Positions 1-8,277 of a stretch of 40,298 nt of DNA are shown here, piece after piece; positions within the stretch are counted from its first letter, which is position 1, and every line of letters starts with the position of its first letter. The notes under the pieces are model-generated. The model was given only the letters and a program-made list of their open reading frames with translations. It searched no databases and was not told where the DNA came from. Location: NCBI GenBank assembly GCA_001773455.1, contig MEWR01000011.1:26323-66620 (forward strand). The letters are read 5' to 3'. The position numbers were made by a program, and so were the translations under genes. The stretch comes from Candidatus Abawacabacteria bacterium RBG_16_42_10 (GTDB taxonomy: Bacteria > Patescibacteriota > Gracilibacteria > RBG-16-42-10).

Positions 1-363
1 GATCAGCGATCACTGGCTATTGGTAAAAACGGGCAAAATGTACGCCTTGCTTCTCTACTCACCGGTTGGGAAATAGACATTGAGGATTTTGTTCCAACTG
101 TCGGTGCAGAAGCCACTCCTGCTGAAGGCGCAGCTCCGTCAGAAACAGTGGTAAAGGTAGAAGAGATGGCTGTGCAATCACCAAGGGACAGGACAGTTGC
201 GGAGGAAAAAGTTGAAAAGTCCTCTGAAGTCATGCCTCAAGTTACTATCAGAGAAAGCGCTGATGCTCCTCCGACTGAAGTAAAGCCAACAGAAGAAAAA
301 CCCAAGAAAAAGACTCGCAAAAAGAGAGCGGCAAAAAAAGAAACTCCTGAAGTAGGAGCTTAA
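1..363 (+). CDS. nusA: Transcription factor NusA, C-terminal fragment (5' end lies outside the window)
   Basis: Frame 1 is open from nt 1. It translates to [27 protein letters not shown], the KH-domain GxxG region typical of NusA. A K/E/P-rich tail follows, ending at TAA 361-363. Confidence 0.7.
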   Translation, partial: DQRSLAIGKNGQNVRLASLLTGWEIDIEDFVPTVGAEATPAEGAAPSETVVKVEEMAVQSPRDRTVAEEKVEKSSEVMPQVTIRESADAPPTEVKPTEEKPKKKTRKKRAAKKETPEVGA

Positions 364-396
364 GTACTTGCAAAATGAACTTGTATCACGTATATA

Positions 397-966
397 GTGG
401 TCTTCTTCTTAATTTTATCATTATTATTATTTCAGTGTATGAATGAATCGTTAGAGCACCAAGACATTGAAGAGCCAAAAGTATCTTACGCTCAAGATAG
501 CGGCTGTATGTTGCTGTATATTGAGCTTGAAGGGAAGCTGAAATTGGAAGGAAGTGTTTCATATCCATATCTTCCCAGGAGTAAACGGAGGGATTATGAA
601 AATGGCATGGCGGAAATTCAGGGGTTTTCGATAGGTCATTCTCTAAGTCCTACGGTTGGAGAAATTGGCTTGAGGAAAGTGTTTTTGACCTTTTTACAAA
701 ATATTGCAAATTTATCCGCTAATAAATTAACGTTCAGACTTCATCCCAATCATCCTGAATGGTTAATAGAAGGACTTATCGCTTTCCCAGATAGTTACGG
801 TCTTGAATTAGACAGTATACAAAGTGTGAGATCGTCATCAACAATCGAGAGAGATAAATTCATGAAAAATGCCAGAAATTATTTGCCGGCAGTATTGGTG
901 GCAAATTTGAGCAAAAATGCCCGTTTCCGATTACAGCAAGTTCTTGGTACTTCGGAACAATCTTAA
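397..966 (+). CDS. Hypothetical protein with hydrophobic N-terminus
   Basis: 189-aa ORF with GTG at 397 (alternative ATG at 439). The N-terminus LILSLLLFQC looks signal- or lipoprotein-like but is not a canonical lipobox. I recognise no family. Confidence 0.35.
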   Translation: MVFFLILSLLLFQCMNESLEHQDIEEPKVSYAQDSGCMLLYIELEGKLKLEGSVSYPYLPRSKRRDYENGMAEIQGFSIGHSLSPTVGEIGLRKVFLTFLQNIANLSANKLTFRLHPNHPEWLIEGLIAFPDSYGLELDSIQSVRSSSTIERDKFMKNARNYLPAVLVANLSKNARFRLQQVLGTSEQS

Positions 967-3900
967 AGGTTTATTTCGTTTCTTCTCTCTCTCCGATCTC
1001 GGTCAGAAGATGATATCTCTTCAATGTTCGGATTTTTGACTTCGATGCTTCTTTTGAAACGAGTGACATTGTCTTGACTGTCATAGGCGCGAACAAGTAA
1101 TTCATGAAAACCCTCGGTGGTATCTATGGGAATCATAAACGATGTAATGTAGGGGCTATTTTCCAGAGTGATGATGGGACTACCGTCGAAGAAAAACTCA
1201 GCACGGCTTATTGCTTTGTCATCAACAATAATTGCATTGATTTGAAATACCTCTCCTGGGGTGAATATCTGATTTTCCCGCGGTTCTAGAATATTGATTT
1301 CCGGTGGTGTGGCGTCATCAGAGACCACAATACCTGCATGGACGCTTACTTGTTTTCCATCGCGAAGTTCAAAGATAAAACGTACAGTATGGATTGAGCC
1401 AAGAGGACTTTCGGGCACATTGATAAACATGCTGTCAAAAGGTGGACTTTCTTGCATGGCGGATATTTGTCCATCAAAGTAAGCGGTGATTTTGCTGATT
1501 TCATATGGATCATTGATAGAAAAGGTTGCTTTATTTAAACCAATACGAACTTTGTCGCCCTCTCCTGGTTTCAAGAGTGTAATGCCCATCTCGTGAGCCT
1601 GTATGACATTGCACGGCTCCGTAGGAATTTTATCCGGAGAGTCCACGTACACAATTGGCGTTGTTGGGGGACCTCCCTCTACAGGGTTGGATGTGGGTGT
1701 TGGTACCGGGGAATTTCGTACACCATACGCCCATTTTTGTACTGCTTCCTCCCATCGAGGAAGCGCCGGATCATCTGGACGGAGATAATAGAGAATACTG
1801 TGAAAATTTTGATAGACGTATAATGCAACATTTTCTGAACAATATTCAGTTGCTAATTTCCCGGAAATTTGATCGACGCGTGCAGAAGCAAAACCTTGAT
1901 CATAGGTCGTTGGTACACCATAATCTGGAAACAGTTCGGTGCGGATCTTATCTGGAGGGGTTGCTCTACTGGGTAAGAATCCCGAGAGTGTACTGACTGC
2001 AACTTCTTTGATTTTGTCAGGTCGAGGAAATTCCTCATTAGCTTTTCCTGCCAAAGCCTTCACCATAAAAGGTTTCCAAATGCTGGCGGCATTTGTTACG
2101 CCGTCCGCTGTAAGGGCGCTGATTTCTCCTTTGTTGTTACCCACCCACACTGCAGTGACAATATTTGTGGTATAGCCAATGGTCCAGAGATCTTTTGGTT
2201 TTTTGACATTGTTCACGATATTGATCGAAGTTCCCGTTTTGACAGCAACAGTGTGATCAGGGATAAAGAGATTCACCCAATGGGCAGGTCGTGCATTGTT
2301 ATCTGAAAGGATATTGTTGATCAAATACGCAGCCTGAGGATCAAGCACTTCTTCGGCTACTGGAGTTGTTCGTTCCCAAAGGACTTTTTGCTGGTCATTG
2401 GTGATTTTCGAAATTGCAGCTACGGGAACTTTTTTCCCATTGTTAGCAAATACACTGTAAGCCTCTGCCATATCAATCGGGGCAATTTCCTCTACGCCAA
2501 GTGCTAATGCTAAACCATTTCGATCAGCCGCAGTTTTATCCAGATATTCAATTCCCAGCTTGTTAATAAGTGTCAGCGTATCATCCAATCTTGCCAAGTA
2601 CTGAGCGGCAACAGCAGGAATATTAAGGGAGTTTGCTAGGGCATAACGCACAGTTACCGGCCCGCGATGCTTTCCATCGTAATCAGCCGGTATATATTTA
2701 TTACCAAAATCTGTTTCTACATCATAAAAGACTGTTCCTGTACCAAAACCTTTTGTAAAAAGTGTGGCGTACGTGAGGGGTTTGAAAGACGATCCTGGCT
2801 GTCGCTTGGAGGTGATTATATTTACTTTACCGTCGACACTGTCATCAAAATAATCTCGTGAGCCAACCATCACCAATATTTCGCCTGTTTTGGGATCGAG
2901 GCTGACTAAGCCGGCATTGGCAGCACCATGACTTTTTTCATTTTTTAAGGCACCTTCTTTGACAATCTTTTCTGCCTCTTCTTGCAATGTAGGATCAAGA
3001 GTAGTGTGAATGTTGAGTCCTTGTAGGTCCGTCCCAAAGTTTTTTTCCAATTCCTGCATGACATAGAACACAAAATGTGGCGCACGGATAGTCGCTTTAT
3101 ATGGTGCAAATGCCAATTCGTCCTTACTTGCCTTATTGTATTCACCATCATTCAGCATGTTTAACTTGTACATGCGATCCAGAATGTATTTTTGCCTAGA
3201 GAGCAATGTGTCTTTGTTGTTATATGGTGAAAATCGTGTGGGTGACTGGGGAATTGAGGCGAGAGCGGCACTTTCCGCAATGGTTAGGTTCTTAGCATCT
3301 TTATTGAAATATGTTTTAGCAGCTGCTTGTACGCCATATGATTGAGAGCCATAGAAGATTTTGTTGAGATAGAGTTCCAAAATCTTTTCTTTACTGAAAT
3401 TTTGTTCCAGTTCAACCGACAAAATGAGCTCGCTAATTTTGCGTCTTAGTGTTCTTTCTGGTGTTAGAAAGGCATTTTTAACGAACTGCTGGGTAATAGT
3501 AGAGCCTCCTTGAATACCTTTTTCACCAAACAGCTTTCCAACTGTGTCCGAATACACTGCTCGCAAAATACCTTTCCAGTCAAAACCAGGATGAGTAAAA
3601 AATTCATCATCCTCCGCTGCGAGAGTGGCATTGATCATATGTCGTGAGATTTGATCATATGGCACGACAGTTCTCCTCTGACCTTCATTGCCAGCCTCAT
3701 ACAGCAAAGAACCATCTCTGGCATAGATTTTTGTCGTAGATACAAGTGAATAATTCGCCAGTTCTTCAGGGCTCGGAAGGTCTTTTAGAATCCAGAGAAT
3801 ATAAACAAATATAGTGGCAGAAAAAATGAGAATGCTCCCAAGAACTGCTAAAACTACATACCAAATATAGGTCTGCCATGTTGCCTTTCTTTGTTTTGAA

Positions 3901-3977
3901 AGGGGCTTTTTATTAAAAGTGACAGGTGTGGCTGATCTAGGTGTTTGTGGATGTTGACGGTGGGGTGGCTTTTTCAT
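963..3977 (-). CDS. Class A penicillin-binding protein (GT51 transglycosylase + transpeptidase) with C-terminal Ig-like repeats
   Basis: GT51 motifs AAEDDEFFTHPGFD and GGSTITQQ. Transpeptidase motifs SSFKP (SxxK) and KTGTS. N-terminal TM segment. Start taken at ATG 3977 (MKKPPH), which shortens the overlap with the upstream ORF to 41 nt (3937-3977). The last ~320 aa form two beta-rich repeats. Confidence 0.9.
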   Translation of the reverse strand: MKKPPHRQHPQTPRSATPVTFNKKPLSKQRKATWQTYIWYVVLAVLGSILIFSATIFVYILWILKDLPSPEELANYSLVSTTKIYARDGSLLYEAGNEGQRRTVVPYDQISRHMINATLAAEDDEFFTHPGFDWKGILRAVYSDTVGKLFGEKGIQGGSTITQQFVKNAFLTPERTLRRKISELILSVELEQNFSKEKILELYLNKIFYGSQSYGVQAAAKTYFNKDAKNLTIAESAALASIPQSPTRFSPYNNKDTLLSRQKYILDRMYKLNMLNDGEYNKASKDELAFAPYKATIRAPHFVFYVMQELEKNFGTDLQGLNIHTTLDPTLQEEAEKIVKEGALKNEKSHGAANAGLVSLDPKTGEILVMVGSRDYFDDSVDGKVNIITSKRQPGSSFKPLTYATLFTKGFGTGTVFYDVETDFGNKYIPADYDGKHRGPVTVRYALANSLNIPAVAAQYLARLDDTLTLINKLGIEYLDKTAADRNGLALALGVEEIAPIDMAEAYSVFANNGKKVPVAAISKITNDQQKVLWERTTPVAEEVLDPQAAYLINNILSDNNARPAHWVNLFIPDHTVAVKTGTSINIVNNVKKPKDLWTIGYTTNIVTAVWVGNNKGEISALTADGVTNAASIWKPFMVKALAGKANEEFPRPDKIKEVAVSTLSGFLPSRATPPDKIRTELFPDYGVPTTYDQGFASARVDQISGKLATEYCSENVALYVYQNFHSILYYLRPDDPALPRWEEAVQKWAYGVRNSPVPTPTSNPVEGGPPTTPIVYVDSPDKIPTEPCNVIQAHEMGITLLKPGEGDKVRIGLNKATFSINDPYEISKITAYFDGQISAMQESPPFDSMFINVPESPLGSIHTVRFIFELRDGKQVSVHAGIVVSDDATPPEINILEPRENQIFTPGEVFQINAIIVDDKAISRAEFFFDGSPIITLENSPYITSFMIPIDTTEGFHELLVRAYDSQDNVTRFKRSIEVKNPNIEEISSSDRDRRERRNEINL

Positions 3978-4521
3978 GAGATGGTTTGCGCTCATTATAA
4001 GCGCTGTAGCACATAAGAGCGCTGCCAGCAACGACTAGAAATATACCATATTGAGGGCCGGCCAAAGGAGAATTGTCAAAAACAAAGTTGAAGAGTTGCA
4101 GAATACTTGTTATAGCAGCGACGATAGCCAATACAAAGTGTATTTGTGCCATAGGAAATGGTATGGCGGGAATTTTTACATTGAATTTTGGTAACAATAC
4201 CAACAGGAGAACAATAATAGCTGCAAGAAAAGTAACCCAACCTAAACCTCGAAGATTATTGAAACTGATACTGTAATATAAATTGCTGAATGCAAATGCA
4301 GGCAAAAAACTGCTGATAATTACAAGCAGAGCTCCGCCGCCTGTTAACTTTTCAAAAATAGACAATTTTTTGAGTTCACCTTGTACTTTTCCTTGGGCAC
4401 CGCTCCATTGATCTTTGAGCTGCTTGCTTAAATCTGTAGTATTTGCTTTTGCTTGCCCCGCATCCGCGGTGGTAGGTTCAGTAGGTGCTGGAGGGGGATT
4501 TGTGGAATCTTGTTCTGCCAT
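3937..4521 (-). CDS. Hypothetical multi-pass membrane protein with P/T-rich N-terminus
   Basis: ORF with internal ATG at 4521 (MAEQDSTNPPPAPTEP). About 4 hydrophobic segments. No recognisable family. Confidence 0.45.
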   Translation of the reverse strand: MAEQDSTNPPPAPTEPTTADAGQAKANTTDLSKQLKDQWSGAQGKVQGELKKLSIFEKLTGGGALLVIISSFLPAFAFSNLYYSISFNNLRGLGWVTFLAAIIVLLLVLLPKFNVKIPAIPFPMAQIHFVLAIVAAITSILQLFNFVFDNSPLAGPQYGIFLVVAGSALMCYSAYNERKPSHEKATPPSTSTNT

Positions 4522-4585
4522 AGGGTAAATGAATAGCACGTGTATAATAACAGAATATGTTATACTGAAGAAGGACTCTTTCACT

Positions 4586-4861
4586 ATGTCTGATCAGGCT
4601 CAAAAAATCGCTGCACTTAGCTATGTTCCGCTTCTCAGTATCGTCTGTTTATTCGGTCGGGAAGAACATTTTATCCGTTTCCATGCCAGACAAGCACTGG
4701 TTGTTCATATTTTTCTTATCCTGTGGCTTTTTCTTCCCTGGTGGTGGCTGACAATTATTCTTGAGATGGGCAGTTTCATTTTACTTATCTATGGATTCTA
4801 TTATGCTGCCATCGGTAAAGAACATTCCCTCCCAATAGTAAAGCAGCTATTATCAAAATAA
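4586..4861 (+). CDS. Small membrane protein, DUF4870/Tic20-like
   Basis: MSDQAQKIAALSYVPLLSIV...FHARQAL pattern plus two further TM segments, typical of the DUF4870 family. ATG 4586 preferred over 4529. Confidence 0.5.
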   Translation: MSDQAQKIAALSYVPLLSIVCLFGREEHFIRFHARQALVVHIFLILWLFLPWWWLTIILEMGSFILLIYGFYYAAIGKEHSLPIVKQLLSK

Positions 4862-4890
4862 TAATAAAGATTAATACTTAATATAAATAG

Positions 4891-4929
4891 TAATTTTTAA
4901 TTTTACATTTTACACTTTACATTTTACGT
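4891..4929 (+). promoter_or_regulatory. Heptad array, dialect I (TTTTACA / revcomp AAAATGT), abutting ATG 4930
   Basis: taatttttaattttacattttacactttacattttacgt is 7-nt phased. A 26-nt core is the exact reverse complement of 33349-33374. TACATT lies 6 nt before the ATG. Confidence 0.5.
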
Positions 4930-5172
4930 ATGTTTGATCCCAACGCTCAAAGTGAACACGATGATGAAATCGAATTAAACGAAGCTGAAGTTTGGTTGGA
5001 AGAACTTGAAAATATTGCTGGTTCACCGGTCGATGCTGATCCGGAATATATAGAGCTTCGTACTCAGTTGACCGCTTACGTCGATGGTCATCAAACAGAT
5101 ATAGAAAACCTAAAAGAACTGGTGAAGCGTGTGCAGCGCTACCTGAAACAGCAGAATCTTGAGAATGAGTGA
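4930..5172 (+). CDS. Hypothetical small acidic protein
   Basis: 80-aa ORF, very acidic (DDEIELNEAEVWLEELE). No recognisable family. Confidence 0.4.
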   Translation: MFDPNAQSEHDDEIELNEAEVWLEELENIAGSPVDADPEYIELRTQLTAYVDGHQTDIENLKELVKRVQRYLKQQNLENE

Positions 5173-5205
5173 CTTATAAGCACTGATACGGTATTTTATG
5201 CGAGT

Positions 5206-5475
5206 TTATAAATTGTAGATGTCTTTGCGGTGCTTGATGCGCAGAATCTTCAATAGATATATGTTCCCCTGACGATCCGTATCAAAAATGGCTCTGTAAT
5301 CTCCTATACGAAACCGGTAAGCCCCTAGATCAGTATTTGTTAGTCTCTTCGCGAATGCGAGGGGATCTTTTTGATTGGCAAAAAACAAAATCTTTTTAAG
5401 AATTCTTTTTGCTACGCTATAGTCAATGTTTCTTAAATCTTCATTGGCTTTCTCAGTATATATGACTTGGTGCAT
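5206..5475 (-). CDS. Type II toxin, RelE/ParE family
   Basis: 89 aa. The YRFRIGDYRAIFD....IYLLKILRIKHRKDIY pattern is typical of the RelE/ParE fold. It lies 2 nt downstream of an antitoxin-like ORF. Confidence 0.8.
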   Translation of the reverse strand: MHQVIYTEKANEDLRNIDYSVAKRILKKILFFANQKDPLAFAKRLTNTDLGAYRFRIGDYRAIFDTDRQGNIYLLKILRIKHRKDIYNL

Positions 5476-5477
5476 GA

Positions 5478-5729
5478 CTATAAAAGACCAAATTCCTTCA
5501 TAATTTGTTCCTGAGTATAGACCTTGCCTTTTTTGATCTGATCCCGTGCCTCTTTGATTTCTGATTTTAGTTTTTCTAAGGCGAATGTCTTTTCATCTAT
5601 CGGTACAACCTCAAACATTGGTACATTCTTTTTTAATATGATGAGTCTAGTATTTTTCTTTCTGGCTTCTACTGTGTAGGTAGCTATATTATCTCTAAAT
5701 TGCTTGAGTCCGATGAGTTTTATGGTCAT
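5478..5729 (-). CDS. Type II antitoxin, Phd/YefM-like
   Basis: 83 aa. N-terminus resembles Phd/YefM (IGLKQFRDNIATY....LIILKKNVPMFEVVP). Sits directly upstream of the toxin. Confidence 0.65.
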   Translation of the reverse strand: MTIKLIGLKQFRDNIATYTVEARKKNTRLIILKKNVPMFEVVPIDEKTFALEKLKSEIKEARDQIKKGKVYTQEQIMKEFGLL

Positions 5730-5749
5730 TCTTTGTTTATTAAGTTCAT

Positions 5750-5782
5750 CTTAAGTGTACACTTAAGAAACATCCTTGACAA
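5750..5782 (-). promoter_or_regulatory. Candidate TA promoter with 18-bp perfect palindrome operator
   Basis: CTTAAGTGTACACTTAAG at 5750-5767. On the minus strand: TTGTCA (5782-5777), 17 nt, TACACT (5759-5754). The palindrome overlaps the -10. Confidence 0.5.
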
Positions 5783-5787
5783 GAAAT

Positions 5788-6423
5788 CTAATGTAAGTAC
5801 TTTTTGAACCATACAGCTGCCAGTTTTGCAACTTCTTTCAATGTTCCTGTTTCTTCAAATAAATGTGTGGCTCCTGGAATAATTTCTAATTTCTTTGTCG
5901 CAGGGATTTTTTTATATGCCGCTCTATTGAGTTCAATAACTTCATGATCATTGCCGCCTACGATAAGCAAAGTGGGTGATTCGACATTGACTAGGAATTT
6001 TCCAGCTAAATCTGGTCTGCCGCCACGCGAAACTACAGCTTTGATATCTGTTCCTATATTTGCCGCAGCAATGAGGGCTGAGGCAGCTCCAGTACTGGCT
6101 CCGAAATAGCCAATAAAGAATCTCTTTGTGCTTTCTTGTTGTTGTATCCAATCTGTAGCAGTCAGCAACCGTTCAGTAAGTAAATCGATGTTAAAACGGG
6201 TTTGATAAATACTATCTTCTTCCTCGGTCAGTAAATCAAAAAGTAAAGTGGCAATGTCAGCCTTGTTCAGCTCTTCAGCTACGAAAACATTCCTGGGACT
6301 TAAACGACTACTGCTGCTGCCATGTGCAAAAATTACCAATCCCTTTGCTTTGTCGGGTACGGTTAAATTTCCCTCCAAAGATTTTCCTCCACCGATAGGA
6401 ATTTGTACCAAGAAATTCTTCAT
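5788..6423 (-). CDS. Alpha/beta hydrolase, dienelactone-hydrolase-like
   Basis: 211 aa. Nucleophile elbow GASTG (GxSxG). Downstream GGNDH and GATHLF are consistent with a Ser-Asp-His triad. Confidence 0.7.
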   Translation of the reverse strand: MKNFLVQIPIGGGKSLEGNLTVPDKAKGLVIFAHGSSSSRLSPRNVFVAEELNKADIATLLFDLLTEEEDSIYQTRFNIDLLTERLLTATDWIQQQESTKRFFIGYFGASTGAASALIAAANIGTDIKAVVSRGGRPDLAGKFLVNVESPTLLIVGGNDHEVIELNRAAYKKIPATKKLEIIPGATHLFEETGTLKEVAKLAAVWFKKYLH

Positions 6424-6425
6424 GA

Positions 6426-6935
6426 TTACGAAAATATTTTGATGGCAAAACCGACTTCTTCACAAATTCCATCGATGCATTCATATTTTTTGACTTCCTC
6501 ACTATTTACCCAAGCATGATCGGTAAAAGCACCTTCTTCTATAGTGACATCACCACTCTTATATTGAGCAGCAAATTTTACCAAAACTACTGGCACGCCA
6601 TCTGGGCGAATGAAGGCGACACTATTTACATATTTTAAATGTGGATGAATCTCTATACCAGCTTCTTCTTGCACTTCTCGTCGCAGTAATTCTTCCACAG
6701 CATCTGGATAATCAAGAACATCACCATTGATCCTGCCAGGTTGATCAATATTCATTTGTTCCCATTCCATTTTTCCACCCACTACTCCATATCTTCCGGG
6801 ATGTACTTTTTCATCATCGCTCCTTCTCAGAATAAGGCAGCGACCATCGCTGTCACGATAGACAACGACATTGGCTACGAAATAAAAGAGTTTATTCTCC
6901 TTGGCTTGTTCGAGACTGATTTTATCTGCTGGCAT
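6426..6935 (-). CDS. NUDIX hydrolase
   Basis: Nudix box GGKMEWEQ....RREVQEEAGIE, with a longer than usual insert between the G and the RE..EE.G part. Confidence 0.8.
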   Translation of the reverse strand: MPADKISLEQAKENKLFYFVANVVVYRDSDGRCLILRRSDDEKVHPGRYGVVGGKMEWEQMNIDQPGRINGDVLDYPDAVEELLRREVQEEAGIEIHPHLKYVNSVAFIRPDGVPVVLVKFAAQYKSGDVTIEEGAFTDHAWVNSEEVKKYECIDGICEEVGFAIKIFS

Positions 6936-6973
6936 CTTAGAAATTAAAAATTTAAAATTAAAAATGTAAAATT
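6936..6973 (-). promoter_or_regulatory. Heptad array, dialect I, abutting the NUDIX start codon
   Basis: Plus strand aaattaaaaatttaaaattaaaaatgtaaaatt. On the coding strand: TTTACA (6970-6965), 18 nt, TAATTT (6946-6941), 5 nt, ATG (6935). Confidence 0.45.
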
Positions 6974-7313
6974 AAGAACGTAAGATTTCTGATTGGAAAT
7001 ATTGCTCTTGAAACAATGTTGCTTGCTGTATTTTTTCATCACTTACTGCCAATCCTTCCGGAACTACAATTAACTTATCATCATTATCATTTGTTCGATG
7101 AATAATGGCAATACATTTTCCTCTAAAAGTTTGTAGTGGTTCACTGATACCTAATATATAAGCATCTATTTCTTCGCCATCGCCAGATTTTGTCCCAGGA
7201 ATAAATCCATAATTGACCGGATATGCCCAATCAAACTTCGGATGCTTGGAACCCAAAGGACGATCGATAGTGACGTTCACTGTATGCTGAAGGAAATCGA
7301 TTGCCCTGGTCAT
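6972..7313 (-). CDS. Truncated inorganic-pyrophosphatase-like protein (family I PPase core only)
   Basis: 113 aa. YPVNYGFIPGTKSGDGEEIDAYIL and NDNDDKLIVVP match the PPase core YPxNYGFIPxT..DGDPxD / D...DxK. The ~50 N-terminal residues of canonical PPases are absent. Confidence 0.6.
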   Translation of the reverse strand: MTRAIDFLQHTVNVTIDRPLGSKHPKFDWAYPVNYGFIPGTKSGDGEEIDAYILGISEPLQTFRGKCIAIIHRTNDNDDKLIVVPEGLAVSDEKIQQATLFQEQYFQSEILRS

Positions 7314-8029
7314 CTTTTTGCAGGTGGGATATACAATGAACCATCCAATATAAGTTTAAACTTCTTTCCCAATATGTGTCCTAGTCGTAAGGCAAGGTGA
7401 ATTTTTTCTTCCCAGGAATTTGTATCGTTTACTTCATTTACAATCTTAAACATCTCAGGAGATCGTCGTAAAAAGTCTTGTAAGCGGTCTTTAGGCCGAG
7501 GTAACCAGGTGTTACTTAGGCGATAATAATATCTTACAAATTCATTGATTGCATGGTTGATCAAAAGAAGAGCAGCGTTGTTGTCATGTAAACAGTCTTC
7601 TAAATCGTGAATATACATAGCAATGTCATAGCTAATGAAATTTATATCGTTTTTTGAAAGTTTATTCGGCCCTTTTTTCCATAATCTTTTTGCTAGCGAC
7701 TGTAATCTCTGCAGATCCTTTTGTTTATTGTCTTTAATTATTTGCCCAGAAGCAAACATAAAGACCATGACACCTCTTCCTCCGCTCGCATCACTTTTAA
7801 ATTCTTTTTTTATTGCAACCACATCATTACAAAAGATTTCTAATAAATGATCGTCCACTTTCCAGCTTTTGCGCCAACGTGGCTTGCCTTTTTTTAGAAG
7901 TACATGAAAATCCCAGTCTGCATTCTTGGAATGTTTCCCCAAGACACGCGAGCCAGTCAATAAAATGCCCTCATTATTCTTAATCGCTTGAAGATTGTTT
8001 AATATTGAAGTTGGGATGTCTATTTTCAT
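7310..8029 (-). CDS. Nucleotidyltransferase-domain protein (KNTase/ANT-like, Pol-beta superfamily)
   Basis: GSRVLGKHSKNADWDFHVLL is a GS..(D/E)xD NTase motif, followed by a helical C-terminal domain. Start taken at ATG 8029 (MKIDIP). The stop overlaps the PPase-like start (ATGA at 7310-7313). Confidence 0.6.
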   Translation of the reverse strand: MKIDIPTSILNNLQAIKNNEGILLTGSRVLGKHSKNADWDFHVLLKKGKPRWRKSWKVDDHLLEIFCNDVVAIKKEFKSDASGGRGVMVFMFASGQIIKDNKQKDLQRLQSLAKRLWKKGPNKLSKNDINFISYDIAMYIHDLEDCLHDNNAALLLINHAINEFVRYYYRLSNTWLPRPKDRLQDFLRRSPEMFKIVNEVNDTNSWEEKIHLALRLGHILGKKFKLILDGSLYIPPAKR

Positions 8030-8039
8030 AATGGTCGAA

Positions 8040-8151
8040 TGTATAGCCTGCCAGCCGAAGCTCTGCAAAAGATCTGTCCTCCTGCGCTGCAGCTCCAGAG
8101 GACGCACTGCGCTGCCTGCTCGCTTCACTCACAGAGCGCAGGCTGGCAGGC
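8040..8151 (-). other. GC-rich ~105-nt rod-like hairpin element directly fused to the tRNA-Trp 3' end
   Basis: 11-bp perfect inverted repeat gcctgccagcc (8046-8056) / ggctggcaggc (8141-8151). Inner stems GCTCTG/CAGAGC and GTCCTC/GAGGAC. GC-rich in an AT-rich context. Confidence 0.55.
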
Positions 8152-8217
8152 CCAGTAGGAATCGAACCTACATCAACGGTTTTGGAGACCGTTGTTCTAC
8201 CGTTGAACTATGGGCCT
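8144..8217 (-). tRNA. trnW: tRNA-Trp (anticodon CCA), CCA end encoded
   Basis: Hand-folded cloverleaf. Acceptor AGGCCCA/TGGGCCT, D stem GTTC/GAAC, anticodon stem ACGGT/ACCGT with loop CTCCAAA, T arm GTAGG-TTCGATT-CCTAC, discriminator G, then CCA. Confidence 0.9.
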
Positions 8218-8277
8218 AAATGCAGTACTTGATATAACAAACTATCTATATCATAGCAAGAAATGGAGTTCCTATAA

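Noticed and set aside
1104-2175. Several 60-113-aa plus-strand ORFs inside the PBP gene.
   Set aside because: They are antisense to a 1000-aa gene with unambiguous GT51/transpeptidase motifs, and none has a recognisable motif of its own.
8030-8128. N-terminal 33-aa extension of ORF 7310..8128 (MKRAGSAVRPLELQRRRTDLLQSFGWQAIHSTI).
   Set aside because: It is translated from the GC-rich hairpin element that abuts tRNA-Trp. Its Arg/Ala-rich composition is typical of non-coding GC-rich sequence. The NTase domain begins cleanly at ATG 8029.
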